Part shown: positions 10,018 through 18,808 of the stretch, in pieces | Layout of the letters: every line of letters starts with the position of its first letter | Position numbering within the stretch: the stretch's first letter is position 1 | NCBI GenBank assembly: GCA_942493315.1 | Contig: OW818690.1 | Coordinates: 942,696-1,006,695, forward strand | Reading direction: 5' to 3' | DNA: 64,000 nt | Source of the DNA: an uncultured Bacteroidota bacterium | Lineage (GTDB): Bacteria > Bacteroidota > Bacteroidia > Bacteroidales > WCHB1-69 | Translations under genes and position numbers: made by a program | Notes under the pieces: generated by a model | What the model saw: the letters and a program-made list of their open reading frames with translations, nothing else | Database searches by the model: none | Told to the model about the DNA's origin: nothing

Positions 10018-11475
10018 ATGAAAAGAATAATTATACTTATTTGTATTTTAATAAATATTTCCATTTCAGCACAAAATATTAATTGGGGTACACCCTATAG
10101 AACGGAAGAAAATTTTTATTCCAGTACAAAACTTGCAGCAGGAAAATATTTGGGGGAAATAGCCGGATTTAATTATTATGTCGTTTACTCACCTTATGCA
10201 AAAACTTTCGGTTTTTCTTATTTTATGAAATTGATTTTTATTGCAGAATCTCAAAATAATGTAAGTAAAGTATCGAAATACTCTGAATTGGCCTATCATT
10301 TATTGGACATAAAGATTATAAATAACATGATAGCAGTCTTTTATATTGAAGATACGAGTACACCGGAAAAAAGTATTAAGATTGATTATTATAGTTCACA
10401 AACATTTATAAAACAATCATCAAAAACTTTATTTAACTATAGAATACAAGAAAATCAACTTTCAGGTTTTAATACAATGCTAACTTCTGAAGATAAGTCA
10501 AAATTCGGATTTATAACGTATTGTTACAATGACGGTACTCCATCTTTATTATTTAGTGTTTATGATAATCAGTTATCTAAATTGTATACTCAAGATTATA
10601 TCATTAATGATGAAGGGTTTAATAGTTTTTCAAATGCAATATTGACAAATAATGGAGATATTATTTTAAATTTTGTAAATTACCAATCTAAAAATTATGA
10701 AAAAGTAACAGGATTTCAATTGATTCAGGTTAATTCTGATCAAATTTCAGAATTGAATATGGAAACAGGTTTGCCTATTAAATATTGTTCATCATCATGG
10801 ATTGAAAAAGAGAATAACCGTTATGTTTTTGTTTATACTACAGAAAATGGGATTACGGGAAATGTTGTAAGTTTTAAAAATGATGACATTACACAACTAT
10901 TTACTCAGAATTATTACGACGGAAATTGGATCATAGAAAAATTAATAAAGATGGAAAATGGAAATATTGTTGCTGTAGTAGCAAATAAAACACATACCAT
11001 TATCCATAATCAGAAAGCCCCTGATGTTCATGCGTATACTTATAAAAATTATTCATTTGATTGTTTCGATCCAGAGAGTTCAAATTTATTGTATCATAGC
11101 TATTTAGGTAGAAAGTTCCAGTGGGGATTTTTAATACCTGAACGTGATCCTTTTTTAACAATGCCTCTTTCTGTTTTTGCAAAAGGTAACGATATATATG
11201 CTATTTATAATACCGACAGAAAAACAAAAGAAGAGATTAACCCGGAGACAGAAAGTAAAAGGAGTAGATCTTTTTCTTACCATCCTACAATTAAATCAAT
11301 TACAAAAATGGCTATTATTGATGAATCAGGAAAGGTAAAAACAAATCTATTATTTGAATATAGAGAAGCAAAAGGTCAATGTGCTACTTCATTTACCTAT
11401 TTAGATAAAGACGGTTCTTTTAAAATTTCTAAAATATTCAGAAAATACATCACTTTTGGGACAATCAAGTTATAA
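10018..11475 (+). CDS. Secreted hypothetical protein
   Basis: 485-aa ORF with a signal peptide. I recognise no motif. Confidence 0.4.
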   Translation: MKRIIILICILINISISAQNINWGTPYRTEENFYSSTKLAAGKYLGEIAGFNYYVVYSPYAKTFGFSYFMKLIFIAESQNNVSKVSKYSELAYHLLDIKIINNMIAVFYIEDTSTPEKSIKIDYYSSQTFIKQSSKTLFNYRIQENQLSGFNTMLTSEDKSKFGFITYCYNDGTPSLLFSVYDNQLSKLYTQDYIINDEGFNSFSNAILTNNGDIILNFVNYQSKNYEKVTGFQLIQVNSDQISELNMETGLPIKYCSSSWIEKENNRYVFVYTTENGITGNVVSFKNDDITQLFTQNYYDGNWIIEKLIKMENGNIVAVVANKTHTIIHNQKAPDVHAYTYKNYSFDCFDPESSNLLYHSYLGRKFQWGFLIPERDPFLTMPLSVFAKGNDIYAIYNTDRKTKEEINPETESKRSRSFSYHPTIKSITKMAIIDESGKVKTNLLFEYREAKGQCATSFTYLDKDGSFKISKIFRKYITFGTIKL

Positions 11476-11559
11476 TTGACCTTTTATAGCTAAACAAATA
11501 AAGAATTAATGTATGAAAAATTTTTCTGACAAAGTTTTTGAAATATAAGAAAATTGTTG

Positions 11560-11567
11560 TAAATTTG
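11560..11567 (+). promoter_or_regulatory. -7 promoter box (TAAATTTG) inside a duplicated promoter module
   Basis: aaattgttgTAAATTTGggc lies 28 nt upstream of the ATG at 11595. The same module recurs at 12963-12982. Confidence 0.45.
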
Positions 11568-11594
11568 GGCATTAATAATTTAATTCATAAAGCG

Positions 11595-12875
11595 ATGAAA
11601 AAAGCGATAAAACAATTTTTAATGGTGTTTTTTGTATGCTGTTTCATATTAAACAGTTTGTTCTCACAAAGTTACAATATTCAATTTTTAGCTACAGGAG
11701 TAACTTCAAACATTGATAGTATAATAGTAGAGAACTTAATACAAAATCAATCCGTAAAACTATTATCAGGAGATGTTTTACAACTACAAATGGGAACAAT
11801 TAACATCACGCAGCATGATTTCAATGAGGAACGTGCTTATATCTATTTTGAAGAAATTACGCACATACCCAAATTAGTGTTGTTGAAACAAGATGCAACA
11901 AATTGTCAAATAACATTATATGACATATTAGGTCGTCAACTCACTCAATTTTCCAATCTGTTATCTATGGGAACGCATACATTCACATTGATGGGATTAA
12001 AAACAGGGTTGTATATTTTAAATATTAAAACGGAAAACGGATCTAAATCAATAAAATTCACCGTTAATGGATCAATTCATGAATCAAATCCAGCGATTAT
12101 TATCGAAAATTCGGTTCAAATAATTTCTGAAGCCAAAAACCAGGAAAAAAATGACACCTATAAAAACGTGGTTCCCATGTCCTACCATGTCGGAGAGTTG
12201 TTGTTAATCAAAACCTATTCAGGGATCTATATAACCTATTCTACTTTAGTTCCGAATGAAAGTCAAACCGTTTCTATTGAGCTCAATTCATGTTCTGATG
12301 TTTCGGAAAATCATTATGCAACGATTAAAATAGGAACACAAACATGGATGGCAGAAAACCTGAAATCTGCTAAATATTGTAATGGAATCGATATTGTAAA
12401 TGAACCCAACATGAATAATTGGAGTCTTCTAACAGGAGGAGCCTGGTGCCATTTGAATAATGATATTACCATGGAAGACAAATATGGAAAACTTTACAAT
12501 TTTTATGCCGCATCAGATTCCCGAAATCCATGTCCTTGTGGATGGCATGTTCCATCAAAATTAGAGTGGGAAACACTCATTACATATTTAGGAGGAGAAG
12601 AAGTTGCCGGAGGAAAAATAAAACAAAGTGGAACACAATTTTGGCAATCGCCAAATGTAGCAGATAACCAGAGCGGTTTTACTGCATTACCCGGAAGATC
12701 CAGAACAAATTTGGGATATTTTGGAACCGATAATGGTGAAGACTCCTATTTTTATTCTCAAACAGATTCAGGATCTTATGCCTGGGTTTTTGGATTAGGC
12801 TATGGAAGTGCCGGAATTTTCGCCAGTGAAACATCCAAAAAATTTGGAGGATCGATACGTTGTATCAAAGATTAA
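11595..12875 (+). CDS. FISUMP (Fibrobacter succinogenes major paralogous domain) protein; start moved to 11595
   Basis: C-terminal pattern TIKIGTQTWMAENL..KYGKLYNF..CPCGWHVPS..EWETL..GG..AGGKIK..SGFTALPGR..GGSIRCIKD. A signal peptide follows M at 11595. The promoter box lies inside the longer tracked ORF. Confidence 0.75.
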   Translation: MKKAIKQFLMVFFVCCFILNSLFSQSYNIQFLATGVTSNIDSIIVENLIQNQSVKLLSGDVLQLQMGTINITQHDFNEERAYIYFEEITHIPKLVLLKQDATNCQITLYDILGRQLTQFSNLLSMGTHTFTLMGLKTGLYILNIKTENGSKSIKFTVNGSIHESNPAIIIENSVQIISEAKNQEKNDTYKNVVPMSYHVGELLLIKTYSGIYITYSTLVPNESQTVSIELNSCSDVSENHYATIKIGTQTWMAENLKSAKYCNGIDIVNEPNMNNWSLLTGGAWCHLNNDITMEDKYGKLYNFYAASDSRNPCPCGWHVPSKLEWETLITYLGGEEVAGGKIKQSGTQFWQSPNVADNQSGFTALPGRSRTNLGYFGTDNGEDSYFYSQTDSGSYAWVFGLGYGSAGIFASETSKKFGGSIRCIKD

Positions 12876-12971
12876 AAACGCAAAATAAGAGGTGTTTGAA
12901 CAATTTTCCTTTAAATTTTCTTAAAAATATTAAAAAATATTAAAAAGCTGTTGTTTTTTAAAAAATTGTTG

Positions 12972-12979
12972 TAAATTTG
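12972..12979 (+). promoter_or_regulatory. -7 promoter box (TAAATTTG), second copy of the duplicated promoter module
   Basis: aaattgttgTAAATTTGggc lies 27 nt upstream of the ATG at 13006. Confidence 0.45.
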
Positions 12980-13005
12980 GGCGTTATTAATTAAAAAACA
13001 AGGCT

Positions 13006-13911
13006 ATGAAAAAAATCTTACTCTTTATGGGTATGCTCTTTGCGTGTGTCGCAATGCAAGCCCAAACCATTATTTTTCAGGAAAATTTTGATACCTATAC
13101 AGCCGGAGACAAAATTGCGGCTGTAAACACCAGTTTTACTACATGGAGTGCAGCACCGGGAGGTTCTGAAGATGGTACTATTTCAACAGAACAAGCAGCA
13201 TCCCCTTCCAATTCGTTAAAAATTATATCCGGAAATGATGTTGTTTTCCCCATTGCCAATCTCACTACAGGTGAATATGTGATCGAATTTGACTATTACG
13301 TGCCCTCTACCGGCACCGGAGGCTATTTTAATGTATTGCACAACTTTGCAGGCACAAGCTCTGAATGGGCCTTAGAATGCTATTTTTCCAATAATGGAAC
13401 CGGTTATTTAAAAGTTGGAAAAGCCGTAGATGGAGAGATCTCTTTTACTTATCCTTCAAATCAGTTTTTTCATACGTATATTAAAATTGATTTAACTGAA
13501 GATGAAGCAAAATTAGAGATCAACAACAATGAAGTACACACCTGGCCATTCCATTATCAAGCCAATGATACCACCGGATTAATCCAATTGGGAGGTGTTA
13601 ACTTCTTTTCAGCTGCACCACCGGATTTAACCAATGGAACATATTATATTGACAATTTCAAACTAAGAATGGATGATGTTGCGGTTACTGAAACCAATAA
13701 AACGGTCAAAATTTATCCAAATCCTGCTACTCAAATTTTACATATTTCCGGAGATAATATCCAATTGATTGAAATGTTTAATATTGTAGGACAAAAAATC
13801 TACACCGGAACAGAAAACAGTATTAATATTGAGACCTATCCATCCGGCACTTATTTTGTTAAAGTAACATCCCCAGAAGGCACAATAACTAAAAAACTGA
13901 TTATAAAATAG
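13006..13911 (+). CDS. Secreted protein with a T9SS C-terminal sorting domain
   Basis: Signal peptide and the C-terminal sequence KIYPNPATQILHISG..GTYFVKVTSPEGTITKKLIIK. Confidence 0.6.
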   Translation: MKKILLFMGMLFACVAMQAQTIIFQENFDTYTAGDKIAAVNTSFTTWSAAPGGSEDGTISTEQAASPSNSLKIISGNDVVFPIANLTTGEYVIEFDYYVPSTGTGGYFNVLHNFAGTSSEWALECYFSNNGTGYLKVGKAVDGEISFTYPSNQFFHTYIKIDLTEDEAKLEINNNEVHTWPFHYQANDTTGLIQLGGVNFFSAAPPDLTNGTYYIDNFKLRMDDVAVTETNKTVKIYPNPATQILHISGDNIQLIEMFNIVGQKIYTGTENSINIETYPSGTYFVKVTSPEGTITKKLIIK

Positions 13912-13920
13912 TTAAGAATT

Positions 13921-14085
13921 AGGGCATTCCGGCTCGCATGCTCGCCGTCGGTCTCCGCCTTCAAGTCCGCACCAAACAGCCGTATGACTGCATGGTCGTA
14001 AAAGGAGCTCACAGGCTCGCTCTTTTACTCCCTGCATCATAGCGGCTGTTTGCTTTGCGGGCTTTCCCGGCTCCGCCCTAATGCG
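13921..14085 (+). repeat. GC-rich repeat family A, copy A1
   Basis: Starts AGGGCATTCCGGC and ends GGCTCCGCCCTAATGCG. It shares GTCGGTCTCCG(C/G)C and AGGAGCTC blocks with the copies at 41827-42056 and 56608-56816 (minus strand). Confidence 0.6.
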
Positions 14086-14542
14086 GACTAGAGGCTGGTG
14101 ACGGGAGACTGGAGACAGGCGACTGGAGAAGTTCGAAGTAAAACGTTCGACGTTAATTTGAAATTACAGTAAATTTTTAATTTTTTAATTATTCATTATT
14201 CATTCGTCCGCTGTCTGCAGTCCGCTGTCTGTAGTCTTTCATAAGCTCCATAGGAGTGTGATCTTTGTAGTTTGTGATGTGGATTTGTAATTTGTTAGGG
14301 GCGGAGCCCTGATATCTTAAATTGTTTATTCCGGGAAAGTGTGGAAACAGTTCTGGTTGAAAAAACGAAATTTTGTAACTCTTTTAATATGAAATAGATA
14401 CAAAATATTTTTCCAACACTTCTCCGGAATAATAAAATAAATTTTCTCGCAGAGGACGCAGGGACCGCGAAGCATTTTTCATAGAGACCTCTGTGATATT
14501 ATTCATGGTCTCCTTTGCGGTAAAATTAAATTAAAAAAGTTG

Positions 14543-14550
14543 TATATTTG
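14543..14550 (+). promoter_or_regulatory. -7 promoter box (TATATTTG) in front of the orphan RHS tip
   Basis: TAnnTTTG followed by TCGCATG, 31 nt upstream of the ATG at 14581. Confidence 0.4.
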
Positions 14551-14580
14551 TCGCATGTAAATCAACATTGAAATACTCTG

Positions 14581-15462
14581 ATGAACATAAATGGAAATTG
14601 GATGAATTATATGGATAATCCTACTTTATATAGAAGCGGTAACGCTATCCAACATTTACACTACTTGCCATTTGGAGAAGACTGGGTTGACCAACGCAAC
14701 ACCTCATGGAATGCTCCATACACCTTCTCCGGAAAAGAGAAAGATGCCGAAACCGGCTATGCGTACTTTGGCGCAAGGTATTATGATTCCGGGTTAAGCA
14801 TTTGGCTCTCTGTTGACCCGATGAGTGATAAATACCCCAGTATGTCGCCGTACAACTATTGTGCGAATAATCCGGTAATCTTGGTGGATCCGGATGGGAG
14901 AGAGATATATACATTTGATGAATCTGGAAATTTAGTAGATCAATGTACAGATGAAACGGGATTTGATCAAGTTAATGTAATAAAAAATGATGGAACGCTT
15001 ATTGAAGGTGACATGTATGAATATGGAACCATAACAAATGAATTTTCTGAACAAATGACACAAAAAAATTTTACTGAAATTACTGTTCCTGTTTTCAATA
15101 TCAAAGGTGATGAAAATGCTGATAATATTTTTCAATTTGTAGCCAACAATACTGGTGTTGAATGGAGTAGAACTGCAGTAGGAAATGAAGAAGGAACTAA
15201 TGGTGCTAATTATTTAAATACAACTAGAGAAATAGATCATGTACAGTCTAGTAAAAAAGTTAGTGCAATGATTTGGCGTGAACATTATCATAATCACCCA
15301 AGTGGAACTTTTGCACCCTCTTGGGGAGATACACAGGGCCCTTCTAAACATCAAAATGCTCGTTTTTTCTTATATACAAAGGAATATGGATCACACGAAT
15401 ATAATAGTGATGGATTCGTTAGTGAAGAGGATCAAATTTTAGAAATACAAAGAAGATACTAA
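14581..15462 (+). CDS. Orphan RHS core C-terminal fragment fused to a JAB/JAMM-like toxin domain
   Basis: RHS core end YLPFGE..YTFSGKEKDAETGYAYFGARYYDSGLSIWLSVDP..NPVILVDPDGRE (DPxG at aa 103-106). The C-terminal domain has an exact JAMM motif, H237-N-H239-x7-S247-x2-D250 (15289-15330). An in-frame stop at 14569 means there is no RHS body upstream. Confidence 0.7.
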   Translation: MNINGNWMNYMDNPTLYRSGNAIQHLHYLPFGEDWVDQRNTSWNAPYTFSGKEKDAETGYAYFGARYYDSGLSIWLSVDPMSDKYPSMSPYNYCANNPVILVDPDGREIYTFDESGNLVDQCTDETGFDQVNVIKNDGTLIEGDMYEYGTITNEFSEQMTQKNFTEITVPVFNIKGDENADNIFQFVANNTGVEWSRTAVGNEEGTNGANYLNTTREIDHVQSSKKVSAMIWREHYHNHPSGTFAPSWGDTQGPSKHQNARFFLYTKEYGSHEYNSDGFVSEEDQILEIQRRY

Positions 15463-16025
15463 TGAAAAAATTATTAAATATAGTGATTGTTTTTTTGTTA
15501 ATAATGAATCAATTATTTGCTCAACAAATTTTAACAAAATCAGTAGCAGTAATACAAGTTAAAAATATTGAAATTTATAAAGCATTAGAACTTATAATTG
15601 ATTTTGAAAAAGACAATGTTTATGGATCAATTTCAGATGACAAATGTTATATTATTGATTGGTATTTAAAGCCTTTAAATTTTCAAAATTCCGATACTGT
15701 GATTACATTTACATCCATTTATCGTTGCGATTTTTATAAAATATTTTCAGATTCACTTTATGGTGTATTCTATTTTAAAAACCATATTATTTTTGTTAAG
15801 AAAGAACTAGTGACCACTTTTTCAAAAACTTTTGATCTATTAAATGTAATTTTCCCAAACGATAATGATTTCAATATTGATGATTCACAAACAAAATGGA
15901 TATTTGAATTAAAAAATAATAAATTATATCCAATAAATTCATTTGGTCTTCTGTTTATTAATACTTATGGACCAAAAATTCAATATATTGAAGATATACC
16001 TGAGGAAATACCAAAGAATAAATAA
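15462..16025 (+). CDS. Putative cognate immunity protein
   Basis: Its start overlaps the toxin stop by 1 nt (TAATG). It is a 187-aa protein immediately downstream of a polymorphic-toxin tip. Confidence 0.45.
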   Translation: MKKLLNIVIVFLLIMNQLFAQQILTKSVAVIQVKNIEIYKALELIIDFEKDNVYGSISDDKCYIIDWYLKPLNFQNSDTVITFTSIYRCDFYKIFSDSLYGVFYFKNHIIFVKKELVTTFSKTFDLLNVIFPNDNDFNIDDSQTKWIFELKNNKLYPINSFGLLFINTYGPKIQYIEDIPEEIPKNK

Positions 16026-16059
16026 TATAATACATTATATGTATATCCGTTAACGTACC

Positions 16060-16260
16060 TTACTTACCATACCATGTAGTTTCAATAGATGCAAGTACCA
16101 GTCTATCAAATAAATGATCATTGAAGTAGCGACGATTAGTTTTATAACAAAACTCGTTTAAATAGTATTGGAGGTAATCTTCTTTAATATGGTGATTAAT
16201 TCCCAAAAAGGTTCTTTTTGCATTACTTATCATAGTATGTACCCAAGGTAAAACTTTAGA
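16060..16260 (-). pseudogene. IS1595-family transposase C-terminal remnant
   Basis: My manual minus-strand translation reads SKVLPWVHTMISNAKRTFLGINHHIKEDYLQYYLNEFCYKTNRRYFNDHLFDRLVLASIETTWYGK*. This matches the ISXO2-like pattern LPWVH..NAK..G..H....L..YL.EF.YR.NRR. No N-terminal part is present. Confidence 0.6.
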
Positions 16261-16774
16261 TACTCAAAATCCATGATTGGGGAGTAATAATTAAAAATGA
16301 GAGTTTCCTGTTTAGTATTAAAAAAGTATTTCTCAAAGGATTTATTTTTATATATATCAAACTTTTAAATCCACATTTTCACCTTAGTTTCCAAATTATT
16401 TTTGTAAATAAAAACAAAAACTCGGAATGCTCGATTGCTCAGAATGTTCAGAATGCTCGATTGCTCAGAATGCTCGTGTGCTCATTTTTTCATTTTTTAA
16501 TTTCAGAGTAACTACTTCATAAGAGAAAAGTCAGCAGATCTTGTCAGTGATGATCAAGGAAATGTCAATGGGGCGATATCTTACAAGTCGAATTAAGAAT
16601 CGCAACTTTGTTGTTAAGCGCTGGGATGATAAAAGGGAACTATTGACGGGCGACTGGAGTCTGGGTGTCAATGCCTAAAAATGGATGACAGGTTTTATCA
16701 AAAAGCTGCTATTCTGATAAAAGATTGGTACAGGATCTTAGCAGAATCAGCATTTCAATAGATTATTCAGAAAC

Positions 16775-16807
16775 AGAACAATTTACAAAAATCGTCACCA
16801 ACCTTTT
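16775..16807. repeat. Left copy of the 33-bp direct duplication flanking the IS
   Basis: agaacaatttacaaaaatcgtcaccaacctttt, identical to 18488-18520. Confidence 0.85.
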
Positions 16808-16910
16808 CCTGACTTTGACACAATAAATTTTTCCATTTTATAAATATAAGTAAATCAGTATTATATAAATTTTGCGTCACCAAAATGGGTGACGCAAGGT
16901 GAAATATGCT

Positions 16911-16918
16911 TAATTTTG
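16911..16918 (+). promoter_or_regulatory. -7 promoter box (TAATTTTG) internal to the IS, driving the transposase
   Basis: TAnnTTTG match ending 4 nt before the ATG at 16923, giving a near-leaderless transcript. Confidence 0.35.
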
Positions 16919-16922
16919 CGGT

Positions 16923-18464
16923 ATGTTTATACGAAAAAAGAAAAATAGATCTGGAACAACAAGTGTTGTTGTTGTTAATAAATCACATGGTAGATTCAAA
17001 GAATTAATTACCATTGGTGTGAGTGATGATGAAGTTCAAATTGAGCAATATATCAATCAAGCTCGCCAATGGATTGAAATTCAAAGTGGGACTCCAGATA
17101 TTTTTAAACAAAAAGCAAGAGAAGAGGAAGAAAAACAAGTTACAGAGCATTTGTTGTCTAATATTGAAAATGTGCTTATCAATGGCACACAACTAATTTT
17201 AGATAAAGTATTTAAAATCACGGGATTTGATGCCATAGAGGATGATATTTTACGTCAATTGGTGATTGCTCGTTTAGGACAGCCCATGAGCAAATCTGCT
17301 ACTGTTGATTATCTTAAATCATATTTTGATGAAGATATTCAGTTATATAAGATTTATCGTTATTTAGATAAACTTTATAATACACAGCAAGAACAGATCC
17401 AACGAATAAGCGTAGAACATACTCGTAAGATTTTAGGTGGCAAAATTGGTCTAATGTTTTATGATGTGACTACACTTTATTTTGAATCCGATTATAGTGA
17501 TGTGTTAAGAGAAAATGGTTTTTCAAAAGATGGCAAACACAGTCAACCACAGGTTGTACTGGGATTGTTAGTTAGTAAAGATGGTTATCCGCTTTCATAT
17601 TCATTATTTAATGGCTCTCAATACGAGGGGAGAACAATGTTGCCGATTGTTGAAGATTTTGTTCAAAGATTTCATTTAGATGATTTTGTGGTTGTTGCCG
17701 ATTCCGGGTTAATGAGTAAATCAAATATATCTCTATTGCAATCTGGTGGATACAAATATATTGTAGGAGCAAGAATAAAAAATGAGACAGAAGTAGTGAA
17801 AAGAAATATTTTGTCTTTACCAAAGCATGATAATGAATTTCATGAGCTTAAAAAAGGTGATTCCAGGTTAATCGTAAGCTATTCTTCAGTTAGAGCTAGA
17901 AAAGACAAATACAACAGAGATAAAGGTGTAAAACGACTTCAAAAAGCATATAAAACGGGAAATATCACTAAAGAGAACATCAACAAACGAGGATACAATA
18001 AGTTTTTGGAGATATCAGATAATGTAAAAGTAGTTATCAATCAAGAAAAAATAAAAGAAGACGAAAAATGGGATGGGTTAAAAGGATACATTACGAATAC
18101 ATCGCTTTCAGCTAAAGATGTTTATGAACAATATAACGGATTATGGGTTATTGAAAAAGCGTTCAGAATAACAAAAGGAACTCTTGAAATACGACCTATG
18201 TTCCACTTTACACCACGAAGAATAGAAGCACATGTTTGTATTTGCTTTGTTGCTTACAAAGTATATAAAGAATTAGAAAGAGTATTGAAAACTAATAATA
18301 TAAACTTAAGCGTGGATAAAGTTCTTAATATTGCTAAAACAATTACCACTATAAAAGTAAAATTACCAATTAGTGAAACAATACTCACAAAAACTATGAT
18401 TATAACTTCTAAACATAAATCAATTGCTATGCTTTTTGATGATCATTTCTGGAAATCCATTTAG
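16923..18464 (+). CDS. IS1634-family (IS4-like DDE) transposase
   Basis: The N-terminus MFIRKKKNRSGTTSVVVVNKSHGRFKELITIGVS is typical of IS1634-family transposases. DDE-type blocks are present (..FYDVTTLYFE.., ..VVVADSGLMS.., ..YNGLWVIEKAFRITKG..). Confidence 0.85.
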   Translation: MFIRKKKNRSGTTSVVVVNKSHGRFKELITIGVSDDEVQIEQYINQARQWIEIQSGTPDIFKQKAREEEEKQVTEHLLSNIENVLINGTQLILDKVFKITGFDAIEDDILRQLVIARLGQPMSKSATVDYLKSYFDEDIQLYKIYRYLDKLYNTQQEQIQRISVEHTRKILGGKIGLMFYDVTTLYFESDYSDVLRENGFSKDGKHSQPQVVLGLLVSKDGYPLSYSLFNGSQYEGRTMLPIVEDFVQRFHLDDFVVVADSGLMSKSNISLLQSGGYKYIVGARIKNETEVVKRNILSLPKHDNEFHELKKGDSRLIVSYSSVRARKDKYNRDKGVKRLQKAYKTGNITKENINKRGYNKFLEISDNVKVVINQEKIKEDEKWDGLKGYITNTSLSAKDVYEQYNGLWVIEKAFRITKGTLEIRPMFHFTPRRIEAHVCICFVAYKVYKELERVLKTNNINLSVDKVLNIAKTITTIKVKLPISETILTKTMIITSKHKSIAMLFDDHFWKSI

Positions 18465-18487
18465 GGTGACGCATAGTCAAAGTCAGG

Positions 18488-18520
18488 AGAACAATTTACA
18501 AAAATCGTCACCAACCTTTT
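18488..18520. repeat. Right copy of the 33-bp direct duplication flanking the IS
   Basis: Identical to 16775-16807. Confidence 0.85.
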
Positions 18521-18808
18521 ATTAGATTAGCAAAAATCAGACCTTTAATGCTCAATGTGCTCGTTAGGTCATTATTCATTTTTAGACTCCAATTGGTGTT
18601 GATTGATTACAAATATAACGCTACTCTGTAGCGAGCTAATCCATCGGATATTCATTTGCTACCAATATAACGCTCCTCTGGAGCGGGATCTACAGACTGC
18701 GGACTACAGACTAATGAAAAATGAGCACATTGAGCATTCGAGCACATTGAGCATTCGAGATTCTCCTGTCATCCTTTCACCCTTAGCCCTTAGCCTTTAG
18801 CCCTAAAC

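Larger units (their letters stand above)
16808..18487 (+). mobile_element. IS1634-family insertion sequence (about 1.68 kb), apparently intact
   Basis: 12-bp terminal inverted repeats cctgactttgac (16808-16819) and gtcaaagtcagg (18476-18487). It has a single 513-aa transposase ORF and is flanked by the 33-bp direct repeat. Confidence 0.8.

Noticed and set aside
11538-11594. Longer N-terminal extensions in the ORF track (11538, 25805, 39018, 35985, 25608, 41230, 4086)
   Set aside because: In each case a TAnnTTTG promoter box or the upstream gene's stop lies inside the extension, or the extension starts with TTG/GTG. A downstream ATG gives a proper signal peptide or anchor, so the starts were moved.
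11595-13005. Diversity-generating retroelement targeting the FISUMP protein
   Set aside because: No reverse transcriptase gene is present. No template-repeat copy of the 3' end of the gene is found in the flanking 130-nt intergenic region or elsewhere in the window.
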